Shown: positions 10,108 to 20,404, counted from the stretch's first letter. The stretch: DNA of 64,000 bases from Eubacteriales bacterium (GCA_045602385.1 JAZSBL010000010.1:18802-82801), one strand, 5' to 3'. Notes: generated by a model from the sequence alone, not told the origin. Numbers and translations: made by a program.

Positions 10108-11010
10108 TTATTTTGTCCTGTCGCACAAAAATCCGGCAAGACCTACAAGCCTCTCCGAGCCCTCGATATCCTTAATCGCCGCGATCGCATCATCGGTCAA
10201 TTTTTCGGCATAGGCGCGCGCCTCGTCTACTGTAAAGAAGCTCATAAACGTGGTCTTGTTTTTATCCTTGTCGGAGCCGATGCGCTTTCCAAGCTCCTCG
10301 TCAGTTGAGGTTACGTCAAGTATATCGTCTGTTACCTGGAATGCAAGTCCTATCATCTGTGCAAACGCGGTAAGCTTCTCGGTCATCTCGCTATTGGGAG
10401 CATAGCCCGCGGCAAGCGCACCAAGCTGTGCGGACACGCATATCATTGCGCCTGTCTTACCCATATGCAGCTCAACAAGCTGCTTTTCGTCAAGCTTGTG
10501 GCTCTCGCCGTATATGTCCATGACCTGACCCTTTATCATTCCGTAGCTTCCTGCCGCTCCCGCGAGAAGCGCAACGGCAGCAGCCGCGCAATCTCCCGTA
10601 ACGTGGGGATTCATTGCGCATACCGCAAAGGCATCTGTGAGAAGTCCGTCTCCCGCCAACGTGGCATATGCCTCGCCGTAGACCTTGTGGTTTGTGGGCT
10701 TGCCGCGTCTTAAGTCGTCGTTATCCATACAAGGCAGGTCGTCGTGGATAAGCGAGTATGTATGCACCATCTCCACGGCGCACGCAAAGGGCAACGCAGC
10801 CTCTGTTTTGCCGCCAAGCAATCTGCAAGACTCAAGCACGAGCGCAGCTCTTACTCTCTTTCCGCCCGAAAGAAGGCTATACCGTTCCGCCTCGTAAAGC
10901 ACGGATGTGATGCCCCCCTCTTCGGGATATATCTTTTCAAGCTCCGGAGTGACCGCCTTGACAGATTCATCAAGTACCTCCAAAGCGAGCTTTTTATCAT
11001 ATTTAAGCAT
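10108..11010 (-). CDS. ispA: polyprenyl (farnesyl/geranylgeranyl) diphosphate synthase
   Basis: 300 aa; first DDxxD (LIHDDLPCMDNDDLRRGKP) and second DDxxD (FQVTDDILD) motifs. Confidence 0.85.
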   Translation of the reverse strand: MLKYDKKLALEVLDESVKAVTPELEKIYPEEGGITSVLYEAERYSLLSGGKRVRAALVLESCRLLGGKTEAALPFACAVEMVHTYSLIHDDLPCMDNDDLRRGKPTNHKVYGEAYATLAGDGLLTDAFAVCAMNPHVTGDCAAAAVALLAGAAGSYGMIKGQVMDIYGESHKLDEKQLVELHMGKTGAMICVSAQLGALAAGYAPNSEMTEKLTAFAQMIGLAFQVTDDILDVTSTDEELGKRIGSDKDKNKTTFMSFFTVDEARAYAEKLTDDAIAAIKDIEGSERLVGLAGFLCDRTK

Positions 11011-11025
11011 TGTTCTACCTCTTAT

Positions 11026-11271
11026 TCAGGAATTGAAGGTGCCTTCGGGAACATCGGCTATCTCTATTTCGCCGTCCTTACCCTGCTGCAATATTCTTAT
11101 TTTTCTCTTTGCCGCCTCAAGCTCCTCGGAGCATTTTGCGACAAGTCCTATGCCCTCCTCATAAAGCTTTAAGGACTTATCAAGCGGGAGCTTTTCCTCC
11201 TCCATCTCCTTGACTATCTCCTCAAGTCTTATCATACAGGACTCTATATCGGTCTTTTTTCTTTCCGCCAT
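11026..11271 (-). CDS. xseB: exodeoxyribonuclease VII small subunit
   Basis: 81 aa helical protein immediately downstream of xseA; LEEIVKEME...LPLDKSLKLYEEG. Confidence 0.85.
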   Translation of the reverse strand: MAERKKTDIESCMIRLEEIVKEMEEEKLPLDKSLKLYEEGIGLVAKCSEELEAAKRKIRILQQGKDGEIEIADVPEGTFNS

Positions 11272-11273
11272 AT

Positions 11274-12503
11274 TTATTTTCCCTCATTTCCCTTTTTTAT
11301 TCGTTTCTCGGTCACACTTGCCGAAAGCTCTCCGTCATACAGCTTAACCGTGACGGCATCGCCCTCGTTCACATCATTAACAGAGGAAACCAGCCTTCCC
11401 TCCGCATCCTCCACCACGCTGTATCCGTGTGAAAGCACCGACAATGGATTTGCCGCTTCAAGGCGTGTGCAGATCATTCTGAAATCTGCCTCTACCCTCT
11501 CCATCTTGCTCCTTTGCGCAGAATCAAGTCTGTTTTTAAGCACGGTCAGCGCGCTCTCCTTCTCTCCAAGCCTTCGCATTGGAGAATGAAGCTCAACGCT
11601 CTTTTTCATTACCTCAAGAGAGCTATCAAGCTTATTTATCTTCCTTGCAATGGCATTGTCACTATTCCCCTTGAGCGTTCTCACTCGATTGAGCAGCTCC
11701 GCCGTATCGGGAAATGCCAGCTCTGCCGCCGCAGACGGCGTTGGAGCGCGAAGGTCTGCCACAAAATCGCATATCGTAAAGTCAGTCTCATGTCCGACTG
11801 CCGATATGACAGGTACATCCGACTCGGCTATCGTGCGTGCCAGGGTCTCGTCATTAAAGCACCAGAGGTCCTCCGCAGAGCCGCCTCCGCGACCGATAAT
11901 GATGACGTCGACCTTATGTCTGTTATTAAAAAACAGTATTCCGCCCGTAAGGCTTCTCGGCGCAAGCTCGCCCTGAACGTAGGACGGATAGATGATTATC
12001 TCTGTCCCGGGACACCGTCTGCCCGACACGTTGATAATGTCGTGGAGCGCCGCCCCCGAAGCCGAGGTTATTACTCCGACACTCTGCGGAAACTTTGGGA
12101 TAGGCTTTTTTCTTGCAGGGTCGAAAAGTCCCTCTCCGGACAGCTTTCTCTTTAATTGTTCAAACGCAACCGCAAGCGCGCCCGCGCCGTCGGGCTGCAT
12201 ATCGTCGATTATTATCTGACAATCCCCACTTACCGTATATGAAGATATTTTTCCGTGGACGACTACCTTCATGCCGCTCTCGGGCATAAACTTCAGTCTT
12301 GCCGCACTGAAGCGGAACATTACCGCGCGCAACGACGAGCTCTCGTCCTTAAGTGAGAAATACATATGTCCCGACGAATAATTGCTCTTGAGGTTGGATA
12401 TTTCTCCGCGGAGATACACGCTTTGCAAGACCGGACTTGATTCAAGCGTCATCTTTATATATTCATTTAACTGTGTAACGCTGAATACCGCCTTATCCTG
12501 CAT
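11274..12503 (-). CDS. xseA: exodeoxyribonuclease VII large subunit
   Basis: 409 aa; N-terminal OB fold (FSVTQLNEYIK...YLRGEISN) and the GRGGGS motif. Confidence 0.9.
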   Translation of the reverse strand: MQDKAVFSVTQLNEYIKMTLESSPVLQSVYLRGEISNLKSNYSSGHMYFSLKDESSSLRAVMFRFSAARLKFMPESGMKVVVHGKISSYTVSGDCQIIIDDMQPDGAGALAVAFEQLKRKLSGEGLFDPARKKPIPKFPQSVGVITSASGAALHDIINVSGRRCPGTEIIIYPSYVQGELAPRSLTGGILFFNNRHKVDVIIIGRGGGSAEDLWCFNDETLARTIAESDVPVISAVGHETDFTICDFVADLRAPTPSAAAELAFPDTAELLNRVRTLKGNSDNAIARKINKLDSSLEVMKKSVELHSPMRRLGEKESALTVLKNRLDSAQRSKMERVEADFRMICTRLEAANPLSVLSHGYSVVEDAEGRLVSSVNDVNEGDAVTVKLYDGELSASVTEKRIKKGNEGK

Positions 12504-12513
12504 GGCTATCTCC

Positions 12514-13473
12514 TTATAATTTATTCTTCAGGTGCGCTTTTCTTGTCAGGAGCGCTATCCCCGCGGCGTTATCCGCCGAAAACTCGGGCTCCGAGAAATA
12601 TACGTTTCCAAGCCCCGACAGTCTTTTCGCTATGCGCTTATTGCTCATAACTCCGCCTGCGAAGATAACCGGAATATTACCGTATTGCTCGCGCAGGTTT
12701 TCGCTGAGCTTATAGAGCGTGTCCGCGATAAAATCAAAGCAAAACGCGCTTGTTATCGCTTTATCTCCGCTTTCGCCGTATTTCTTTGCGGCAAGGTTTT
12801 CAAGGCCCGACAAATTACATTCAAGTCCGTGTACCGACACTCGGCTCTTTTGATACGGAATCTCTGCGCAAAGGGCTTCCATCTCTCTGCCGCATGGGAA
12901 TCTAAGTCCCATCATAACGCCGGTTCTGTCTATCGCCTGACCCGCGTTCATATCCTGCGTGCCGCCAATAAGGTCTATTTTCATTCCGTCGGCCGTGGGT
13001 GTGACGAGCAGAAGCTCGGTCGTGCCGCCCGACACGTGGAATGCTGCGAAGGGCTCATTTTTGCAAAGTAGCTCGGTCTGACCCGACGAATAAAGCGCCG
13101 CCATTATATGACCGTCCTGGTGCGAGAAGCGATACCTCTCACACTGCCGTACCGCGCCTATACTCTCCGCCGCCGCAACACCTGACAAAAAGCAAGGCAT
13201 ATACGAGCCTTCAACGCTTCTCGGTGTCGCCGAGCATCCTACCGCGACTATCTCGCCGCGATCCTCAGCCTTGAGATACTCCCCAAGAGCGCCCATTATC
13301 TCAGGCAGGTTCTTGGTGTGGGCAAAGAGCGCGTCGCTCTGCCTAAGTCCTCGCTCCCCCTCTTTAACGGGCAACAGCTTTTTGAGGTTGAGTATCACCT
13401 TGCCGTCCGCATCACAAAGCGCGGCGCTTGTCGTATAGTTGCTGGTGTCTATGCCCAGATAAAGCTCAGGCAT
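12514..13473 (-). CDS. divergent TsaD/Kae1 (M22 glycoprotease-fold, ASKHA) paralog
   Basis: 319 aa; GIDTSNYTTSAAL, HQDGH, HVSGGTTELL, AGGVMSN and PEFSADNAAGIA align by eye with TsaD signature blocks. Confidence 0.6.
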   Translation of the reverse strand: MPELYLGIDTSNYTTSAALCDADGKVILNLKKLLPVKEGERGLRQSDALFAHTKNLPEIMGALGEYLKAEDRGEIVAVGCSATPRSVEGSYMPCFLSGVAAAESIGAVRQCERYRFSHQDGHIMAALYSSGQTELLCKNEPFAAFHVSGGTTELLLVTPTADGMKIDLIGGTQDMNAGQAIDRTGVMMGLRFPCGREMEALCAEIPYQKSRVSVHGLECNLSGLENLAAKKYGESGDKAITSAFCFDFIADTLYKLSENLREQYGNIPVIFAGGVMSNKRIAKRLSGLGNVYFSEPEFSADNAAGIALLTRKAHLKNKL

Positions 13474-13954
13474 TTTCGCTGTTTTCCTCTGCGGGCTCTT
13501 TATTTAGTGTAGCCGCGAGCTGTTCGATATACGCCTTTACGTCCTTGCCGTCAATGTCCTTGAAAAGTCCGGAAAGTACTCCGTTTACAAACTGCTTGGA
13601 CTTATCCTCACCGTACTTTACCGCAAACTCTACCGCCTGGCTTATCGAGATATTGGGATGTATGTCGTCTATAAAGAGCATCTCGTAGATCGCAACACGC
13701 AAGATCGTCCTTGAGACCTTGGAGAGTCTGTCCGCCTTCCAGCCCTTTGAATATCTGCCGATGACCGCATCGATAAGCTCTGCGCGGGTTATAACACCGA
13801 AGAACGTGCTCTTGATATAGCTGTCCGCGGGAATATCTCTGTCGGCGCATGCAAGATCATATATCTCGGTGGGATTCTCTCCTGCCTTGAACTCGGTCTC
13901 AAAAAGCAGACCGATAAGTATATCTCTTGCTTCTTTTCTAGATAACTTTGCCAT
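13466..13954 (-). CDS. nusB: transcription antitermination factor NusB
   Basis: MAKLSRKEARDILIGLLFE... Start trimmed to ATG 13954, with SD GGAGGA at 13966-13961. Confidence 0.85.
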   Translation of the reverse strand: MAKLSRKEARDILIGLLFETEFKAGENPTEIYDLACADRDIPADSYIKSTFFGVITRAELIDAVIGRYSKGWKADRLSKVSRTILRVAIYEMLFIDDIHPNISISQAVEFAVKYGEDKSKQFVNGVLSGLFKDIDGKDVKAYIEQLAATLNKEPAEENSENA

Positions 13955-14016
13955 ATGTTTCCTCCATCTGATGGCGTATGCTGTCCGCCAATATGCAAAA
14001 ATAGTCAATCATATTT

Positions 14017-14045
14017 ATTATACATAATATTAATATAAATGTCAA
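14017..14045 (-). promoter_or_regulatory. sigma-A type promoter for the nusB operon
   Basis: On the minus strand, TTGACA (14045-14040), 17-nt spacer, TATAAT (14022-14017). Confidence 0.6.
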
Positions 14046-14125
14046 GAAGTTATACAAGAAAAGCACGAGAAAAATGTATGAATATTCATTTGTTTTTCTC
14101 TTTTGTCCAAAATTTGCCGAGGGGC

Positions 14126-14154
14126 TTGAAATGATCGATTTTTTTTGATATAAT
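14126..14154 (+). promoter_or_regulatory. sigma-A type promoter for 14199-15437
   Basis: TTGAAA (14126-14131), 17-nt spacer, TATAAT (14149-14154). Confidence 0.6.
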
Positions 14155-14198
14155 ATGAGGGTAGATAAATTTCGTTTAAAAGGACACAAATAAAAGCT

Positions 14199-14648
14199 AT
14201 GAACGTATTTAAAAAGATCATCTCAAAGGGCGCGGTCATCTATACCGCGGGCTCTTTATGCATATTGCTCTTTTCCCTTTTAGTTCCCGAGAACACGATG
14301 GATAAGGTGCTTTTGCCCACCCCATTTCTTATGTTTGCGGCATATGCCTTTGTAATCTCGCTTGGTGACCTGCCATACCTTACCGGCAAATGTTCCACCG
14401 CCGTCTCGCGCGCAATTCACGCGGCGTGCTATAACGTGGGTTTCTTCTGCTTTATGCTCTTGTGCAACATGAGCCTCAGCACGTCGGTAATCGCAACGGT
14501 AATATTTGCTTTTATCTATACAGTAGCGGTAGTTTTGGCAGGACTTTGCAAAAAGAAGCTCTCCCCCCAAAAAAAGACAGGCACATACGCTAAGGGAATG
14601 GTCGAGAAGTCCAAGCCCCAGCCCAAGTATACAAATCGCTTTTCATAA
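14199..14648 (+). CDS. hypothetical integral membrane protein
   Basis: 149 aa with about 4 hydrophobic helices; lies downstream of a consensus promoter. Confidence 0.5.
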   Translation: MNVFKKIISKGAVIYTAGSLCILLFSLLVPENTMDKVLLPTPFLMFAAYAFVISLGDLPYLTGKCSTAVSRAIHAACYNVGFFCFMLLCNMSLSTSVIATVIFAFIYTVAVVLAGLCKKKLSPQKKTGTYAKGMVEKSKPQPKYTNRFS

Positions 14649-14663
14649 GGGATAAGCATTTAT

Positions 14664-15437
14664 ATGAAGAACTTTAACAAGATCATAACGCTTCTTATAG
14701 CCATTATTGCAGTTTTGACGATAGCCTGCGCGGTAAGCGTGGTTACAATATGCATAAGCGGCGCGAAGCCGGATATCTATACCTCTAAGGGCATCTCAGC
14801 CAAGGGAAATTCGGGCGCGGAGCTTTCGGAAAGCTTTGACTACGGTGATGGGTATATAAAGAATATTATTTTTGTCGGCGACAAGACTATCTCGCCTATT
14901 TCAAACGTTTATACCGATCTGCTAAAGAGTCAGGTATGGACCGCCGCTGACGGCTCCCTCCCCCTTGACAACAACCTGAAAACAGTTGCGGTAATTCATT
15001 CGGATGACGAAAAAGGAAGCTCCATTCCCTCTGCCGCCGAGCTATACAAGCCGCAGTACATAATCATCACGGTAGGTATTGAAAACGGGGTTGCATACTG
15101 CAACGAGGAAAAGTTCAAGGAGTACTATAAGGAGCTTATCGTAGCGATCAAAGAGACATCTCCCGACACAAAGATCATGCTTCAGTCGATATTCCCTATA
15201 TCAAAGAAGGCTGCTAAGGATAATCCCAATATTTCAAACGACAGGATTGACAGGGCGAATAAGTGGATACTTGACGTCTGCGAGGAATCCTCGGTCAAAT
15301 TTCTGAACACCTCATCCGCGCTCAAGGACAGTGCGGGCTACCTTGCCGCCGAGTACGACTCGGGTGACGGAATAACCCTTAACGCCGACGGATACAAGGC
15401 AATGGTCGAGTACATAAGAACACACGGATATAAATAA
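14664..15437 (+). CDS. membrane-anchored SGNH/GDSL-fold protein, apparently lacking the catalytic Ser and His
   Basis: 257 aa; N-terminal TM helix. Block I reads FVGDKT (Ser to Lys), block III ITVGIENG, block V SGDGITLNADGY (His to Thr). Confidence 0.55.
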   Translation: MKNFNKIITLLIAIIAVLTIACAVSVVTICISGAKPDIYTSKGISAKGNSGAELSESFDYGDGYIKNIIFVGDKTISPISNVYTDLLKSQVWTAADGSLPLDNNLKTVAVIHSDDEKGSSIPSAAELYKPQYIIITVGIENGVAYCNEEKFKEYYKELIVAIKETSPDTKIMLQSIFPISKKAAKDNPNISNDRIDRANKWILDVCEESSVKFLNTSSALKDSAGYLAAEYDSGDGITLNADGYKAMVEYIRTHGYK

Positions 15438-15444
15438 CAAAATG

Positions 15445-15477
15445 CCCCGACACGGCGTGTCGGGGTTTATTTTATTT
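15445..15477. terminator. bidirectional intrinsic terminator
   Basis: CCCCGACAC-ggc-GTGTCGGGG (15445-15465) followed by TTTATTTTATTT. The minus strand also has a T-run. Confidence 0.8.
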
Positions 15478-16437
15478 GAAATAATTTTTGCCTTGGTAAA
15501 GATCCTTTTCGTACATTTTCTTGTCGATGTTGTTTATAACAACGGTCTTTTTTCTGCTCCAATCGGGGGCTAAAAGCTCGCTTTGCATTCCGTCTCCGGT
15601 AAGCCGTCCTATAACCGTATCGGGTGGCAGATAGGTCAGCGCCTCGGCTACCGTATCAACGTAGTCCTCCATTGTCATGGGCGTATATTCGCCGCTTAGA
15701 TACATATCTGCCATCGCCGTGTTTTTTATAACGTGTAGCAGGTGTATTTTTACCTGCTCCGGCTTAAGCGATGCGACGTCACGCACTGTTTTCATCATCG
15801 CCTCTCTGTCCTCTCCGGGCAGACCGAAAATGATATGCACACAGATATTTATCTTATTGGATGCTTGGCGCAATTTCCTATATCCCGCGAGGAAGTCCTC
15901 ATGGTTGTGCCCTCTGTTTATCCGTCTTGCGGTGTCATCGTTTGAGGACTGAAGCCCAAGCTCTACGGTGAGCATCGTTCTCTCGGCAAGAGCGCAAAGA
16001 TAGCCCACGACGTCGTCCTCAAGGCAATCTGCGCGCGTGGCGATATTGATGCCTACGACGCCATCCTTTTTCATTACGGGCTCTATCTTTTCACGTATTA
16101 TCTCAAGGGGAGCATAGGTGTTCGTATGCGCCTGAAAATACGGGATATATTTGTCGGTCTTCCACTTCGACGAAAGCTGCGATTTGACTATCTCAAACTG
16201 CTCCTCGGTCGGGATAACGCTCTCCTGCGCAAAGTCCCCGCTGCCTCTGGGCGAGCAATAAATACAGCCGCCGTGGGCACATTTTCCGTCGATATTCGGA
16301 CAGGTAAATCCTGCGTCTATCGGTATTTTCATACACTTTGAGCCAAATGTGCGACGAAGATAATAATCGTACGTATAATACCTTTTATTCGTGTCGCTGT
16401 TTGGGTAAGGATTTTTGCTTACCTGTGTTTCCTTCAT
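15472..16437 (-). CDS. TIGR01212-type radical SAM protein
   Basis: KIPIDAGFTCPNIDGKCAHGGCIYCS cluster motif. Start trimmed to ATG 16437 (SD GGAGA); the track ORF starts at a TTG. Confidence 0.8.
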   Translation of the reverse strand: MKETQVSKNPYPNSDTNKRYYTYDYYLRRTFGSKCMKIPIDAGFTCPNIDGKCAHGGCIYCSPRGSGDFAQESVIPTEEQFEIVKSQLSSKWKTDKYIPYFQAHTNTYAPLEIIREKIEPVMKKDGVVGINIATRADCLEDDVVGYLCALAERTMLTVELGLQSSNDDTARRINRGHNHEDFLAGYRKLRQASNKINICVHIIFGLPGEDREAMMKTVRDVASLKPEQVKIHLLHVIKNTAMADMYLSGEYTPMTMEDYVDTVAEALTYLPPDTVIGRLTGDGMQSELLAPDWSRKKTVVINNIDKKMYEKDLYQGKNYFK

Positions 16438-16459
16438 TTTGTGTTTTTCTCCGTTAAAC

Positions 16460-16497
16460 AATAGGCGGCCGTGGTGTGCCGCCTATTGTGTTTTTTA
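16460..16497 (-). terminator. hairpin after the aminotransferase gene
   Basis: AATAGGCGGC-cgtggtgt-GCCGCCTATT, a 10-bp stem. The strong T-run is on the plus strand; the one on the minus strand is weaker. Confidence 0.5.
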
Positions 16498-17775
16498 TTA
16501 TTTTGCGAGATATTTCTCAAGCGTTGCAAGCTTTACGCATACAACGAAAAGCTTCATCGCCTTTTCAAGGTCGCTCATTGAGGGATAGGTGGGCGCGATG
16601 CGGATATTGCTGTCCTCAGGATCATATCCCATGGGGTAGGTGGCGCCTACCGTCGTCATGGTAAGGCCCGCCTCCTTTGCAAGGGCGTATATTCTCTTTG
16701 CGCATCCGGGCTCTGCGTAGAAGCTTACGAAATATCCGCCGTTGGGCTTTGTCCATCTCGCAATTCCAAGATGACCAAGTCCTTCTTCAAGGTACTTATC
16801 CACAAGCGCAAACTTGGGCGCGATGATAGCCGCGTGCTTCTTCATATGTTCCTTTACATTATCCGCGTTACCGAAGAACCTTACGTGACGGAGCTGGTCA
16901 AGCTTATCGAAGTTTATCGCCTGGGCAGCCATTATCGCTTTGATCTGCTTAAGATTTGCCTCGCTTGCCGCCATAAGGGCAACTCCTCCTCCGGGATAGG
17001 TAACCTTTGACGTTGATGCAAAGTAAAGAACTCTGTTCTCGTTCCCTGCCTCACGGCACTCTGCCATGATGTCAAGTAGCTTGTCGCCCTCCTCATAGAG
17101 ATCGTGGATGGCGTACGCGTTATCCCAGATTATACGGAAATCGGGAGCGGCAGTCTTCATTCTCGCAAGACGGCGTACCGTTTCGTCCGAATATGTAATT
17201 CCATCGGGGTTTGAGTATTTGGGGTTACACCAGATTCCCTTTACCGCGGGATCCTTTACAAGCTCTTCAACGGCGTCCATGTCGGGGCCGTCATTTGTCA
17301 TTTTTACGTTTACCATATCTATGCCGAGAGATTCGGTGACCTTGAAGTGACGGTCGTATCCCGGTACGGGGCAGATAAACTTTACCCTCTCCTCGCGGCA
17401 CCAGGGACGCTCACTGTCGCAGAAGCCGTAGAGCATTGCGCGGGCAACTGCGTCGTACATCAGCGTAAGCGACGAGCCGCCGCCAAGGATCATATTCTCT
17501 GCGGGGATATCAAGAAGCTCCGAGAAAAGTCTGATAGCCTCCGGAATACCCTCAAGAAGGCCGTAGTTTCTGCAATCAAAGCCCTTCTCCGTCTTGGCGT
17601 CCTTGCCCTCGGATATTACGGTAAGCATTCCGTCCGAGAGATTAAGCTGCTCTGTGCAGGGCTTTCCTCGGGAGATGTCAAGCGACATTCCCATCTTCTT
17701 GATATTCTCATATTCTGCCTTTGCCTCGGCATAAGCCGCGCTTAAAGCCGCGCGGTCCATCTCAATGTAACCCAT
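16498..17775 (-). CDS. class I/II PLP-dependent aminotransferase
   Basis: [11 protein letters not shown]...[16 protein letters not shown], and SKVTYPGGG around the presumed PLP lysine. Start trimmed to ATG 17775 (SD GGAGAA). Confidence 0.75.
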   Translation of the reverse strand: MGYIEMDRAALSAAYAEAKAEYENIKKMGMSLDISRGKPCTEQLNLSDGMLTVISEGKDAKTEKGFDCRNYGLLEGIPEAIRLFSELLDIPAENMILGGGSSLTLMYDAVARAMLYGFCDSERPWCREERVKFICPVPGYDRHFKVTESLGIDMVNVKMTNDGPDMDAVEELVKDPAVKGIWCNPKYSNPDGITYSDETVRRLARMKTAAPDFRIIWDNAYAIHDLYEEGDKLLDIMAECREAGNENRVLYFASTSKVTYPGGGVALMAASEANLKQIKAIMAAQAINFDKLDQLRHVRFFGNADNVKEHMKKHAAIIAPKFALVDKYLEEGLGHLGIARWTKPNGGYFVSFYAEPGCAKRIYALAKEAGLTMTTVGATYPMGYDPEDSNIRIAPTYPSMSDLEKAMKLFVVCVKLATLEKYLAK

Positions 17776-17826
17776 GTAAATTCTCCAATAATCATCTTTT
17801 TTTCGCTTTATTTCAGCATATGCGCT

Positions 17827-17855
17827 ATTATACCATAATGCCACCGAAAAAGCAA
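17827..17855 (-). promoter_or_regulatory. sigma-A type promoter for the aminotransferase gene
   Basis: On the minus strand, TTGCTT, 17-nt spacer, TGgTATAAT (extended -10). Confidence 0.5.
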
Positions 17856-17887
17856 GATGTTTTTTGAATTTTTGCAAGATTTTGGCA

Positions 17888-20308
17888 TTATTCTATGTTT
17901 TCCCAAAAAATACGGGCAATTTGTGCAAGTGATTGTGCATTTCCTGCAAATTTTGCGCCTTTCCACTCCTCGGGAAACAGCGCTCTGTACTTCGGCTCGG
18001 CAAATCGGTCGTCTATAAGCACGGCAACGCCTCGGTCGGTCTCTGTTCTTATAACTCTGCCAACTGCCTGAAGTATAGAATTCATGCCGGGATAGGTATA
18101 CGCGTAGTCATATCCGCAACCGCTTTTTTCTTCGTAATAGTCACGTATTATATTGTTTTCATTTGACAGTCCCGGAAGTCCGACGCCAACGCAGATAACT
18201 CCGATAAGCTTATCTCCCGGTAGGTCGATTCCCTCCGAGAATGAGCCGCCAAGCACGCAAAATGCAATTCTCGTCTTTCCGTCATCGACAAACGAGGATA
18301 TGAATTCCTCCCGCTCCTTTGGCGACATATTCTTCTTTTGTTCAAGTATTCTGACCTTCGGATATTTTGCGGAAAAGATCTTTTTGACCTCATCAAGATA
18401 GCTGTACGATGGGAAAAAGACGATATAATTCCCCGCCTTGGCAGACACCGTTGCCGCTATGCACGACGAGATACGCTTGTATGATTTTTCCCTGTCCTCA
18501 TATCTCGTGCTTATCTTATCGACTATCGCTACGCAGAGATTTTCCTTTGGAAATGGTGAGCGGAAGCTGACAGAAACGGTTTTCTTTCCGCCGCCGAGTA
18601 TATCCGCAAAATACTCTGTGGGGGTCAGTGTCGCGGAAAACATGACCGACGCGACCGCGCGGTCAAGCGCGTGCGACAGCTCGTCCGCAGGGTCAAGGCA
18701 GTACAAGAGCACCTCTACGCTCTCGCCCTCGCGCGTGATAAAGGTTAAGTATCCCTTGCCGTATCTCTCCGCTATTTTCTTGTATTCATACAGCTTATAG
18801 TTAAGATCCTCGACGTACAAAAACGCGGGATGGTCGAGGTTTCCCTTAAGCCACGTATCGGTCTTTTTTTCGTATATCTCAAGCTCCTCCGAGAGCTTTT
18901 CGGGCAGCTGACGGCTTACATAGTAGCCCGTCCTGTCTCCGTCGGGAGAATAATGAGTATCGTCATCGCATAGTCTGCCCAGTCGCTCCAGCGCGCCGAG
19001 CACAGAAAGCGTTGCGCCCCTCAAGGGGTCGTTTTCCTCAAGCATTGATATAAGCGGCTCGAAATCTGCCGTACCAAGTCGCGCAGAGAACATATCTCTT
19101 GCTCTGTCCGGCAAATTGTGCGCCTCGTCAACAAGGAAAATATATTTCTCTCCCCGCTCTCCGTCAAAATAACGCCTCAGATACACCGTGGGAGAAAAAA
19201 CGTAATTATAGTCGCAGATTATAACGTCGCAAAGCTCACTTAAGTCAAGGGAAAGCTCATAGGGGCAGACCTTATACTTCTCGGCTACCTCTCTTATCCT
19301 GCCTGAATCGTATGCATCTCCGCATGATAAAAGCTCCGCTATGGCATAGCTTGCCCTATCGTAATATCCCTTTGCATACGGGCAAAGATCGGGATTGCAG
19401 CTTGCAGACAGCTTGCCTCCGCGCAGCTTTGCGGCGGCATTATTGCACATGCTCTCGCGCGAAGAGATCACGCAGCTGCGAAGTAAAGCTCCCGCGCCGT
19501 TCATCTTTTGCATAGCCGAAAATGCCTCGCGGCGGATGCTCTGCTTGCTTGTCAGATAAAATATCTTATCGGCAATTCCCTCTCCCACGCATTTTACCGC
19601 AGGATAAAGCGTTGATACGGTCTTTCCTATTCCCGTGGGGGCTTGGCAGAAAAGGCGCGAGCCGTGCTTTATATCACGGTAGCACTCCTTTATCATCTCG
19701 CTTTGACTCTCACGCAAGGACTTATACGGGAATACCGCATTTTGCGCGGAGGGTATCCTTACAGTCGTTCTGTCACGTACAACGTGCGCGCGCCAAAGAA
19801 CCCTTGAAAGCAGCGATTCGTACACCTCGCGCAGGCTTGACTTATCCTTTATCTCTGACCGCACCTCAAAATCTCCGTGCTCCGTGTCAAAGAATATCTG
19901 TCGAAGCTCTACGCTCCCGCACTCCTTTGCGCTGCACAGGAGATATGCGTACACGTCAGCTCTCAATCTATGGTACTGCTCCTCGTCCTGAGAGATAAAT
20001 TTGTCGGCAGCGCCGAGCCTTACCTCGTCAAGCGAATAGCCATCGTTTTTGCACAAAACTCCGTCCGCGTATCCGCATACCGAAATATATATTCCGTCCG
20101 CGCGGCAGGTGTTTTGAAGCTCCACGCGGTCGTAATATCTCATTCCGAAGGAAAGGTGGAGCTTATTGTATATACGCGAGCGGTCCGCAGATCTCTCGTG
20201 AAAGCGTCTTGCCTGACGCCTTGTGTCAATATTTCCACCCGAGAGCGCAGAGAGGCAAAGCTCCTCTACGGTAAGCTCTACCACGTCTCTTTTTTCGTCG
20301 TATCTCAT
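17888..20308 (-). CDS. XPD/DinG (Rad3-related) Fe-S DNA helicase with a ~190-aa N-terminal extension
   Basis: 806 aa; Walker [14 protein letters not shown] box (FLVDEAHNL), a four-Cys cluster region (CNNAA...[11 protein letters not shown]...CPYE), and C-terminal helicase motifs ([14 protein letters not shown]). Confidence 0.8.
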   Translation of the reverse strand: MRYDEKRDVVELTVEELCLSALSGGNIDTRRQARRFHERSADRSRIYNKLHLSFGMRYYDRVELQNTCRADGIYISVCGYADGVLCKNDGYSLDEVRLGAADKFISQDEEQYHRLRADVYAYLLCSAKECGSVELRQIFFDTEHGDFEVRSEIKDKSSLREVYESLLSRVLWRAHVVRDRTTVRIPSAQNAVFPYKSLRESQSEMIKECYRDIKHGSRLFCQAPTGIGKTVSTLYPAVKCVGEGIADKIFYLTSKQSIRREAFSAMQKMNGAGALLRSCVISSRESMCNNAAAKLRGGKLSASCNPDLCPYAKGYYDRASYAIAELLSCGDAYDSGRIREVAEKYKVCPYELSLDLSELCDVIICDYNYVFSPTVYLRRYFDGERGEKYIFLVDEAHNLPDRARDMFSARLGTADFEPLISMLEENDPLRGATLSVLGALERLGRLCDDDTHYSPDGDRTGYYVSRQLPEKLSEELEIYEKKTDTWLKGNLDHPAFLYVEDLNYKLYEYKKIAERYGKGYLTFITREGESVEVLLYCLDPADELSHALDRAVASVMFSATLTPTEYFADILGGGKKTVSVSFRSPFPKENLCVAIVDKISTRYEDREKSYKRISSCIAATVSAKAGNYIVFFPSYSYLDEVKKIFSAKYPKVRILEQKKNMSPKEREEFISSFVDDGKTRIAFCVLGGSFSEGIDLPGDKLIGVICVGVGLPGLSNENNIIRDYYEEKSGCGYDYAYTYPGMNSILQAVGRVIRTETDRGVAVLIDDRFAEPKYRALFPEEWKGAKFAGNAQSLAQIARIFWENIE

Positions 20309-20338
20309 ATTCTCCTCCTTCCTTGATCTGTTTAAATA

Positions 20339-20367
20339 ATTATACCATTTACAGCATTGAATGTCAA
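20339..20367 (-). promoter_or_regulatory. sigma-A type promoter for the helicase gene
   Basis: On the minus strand, TTGACA (20367-20362), 17-nt spacer, TGgTATAAT (20344-20339). Confidence 0.6.
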
Positions 20368-20404
20368 TCGATTCTCCCCTGCAAAATTACCATATTTTTA
20401 GGGG

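Noticed and set aside
13955-14008. N-terminal extensions in the ORF track: nusB, relA 34122-34160, recN 7403-7435, yabP 25350-25403, udg 21149-21244, the aminotransferase 17776-17877, the lipoprotein 54777-54854, and others.
   Set aside because: In each case the internal ATG has a good SD at proper spacing and matches the conserved protein N-terminus. The upstream extensions start at weak or non-ATG codons and overlap promoters or terminators.
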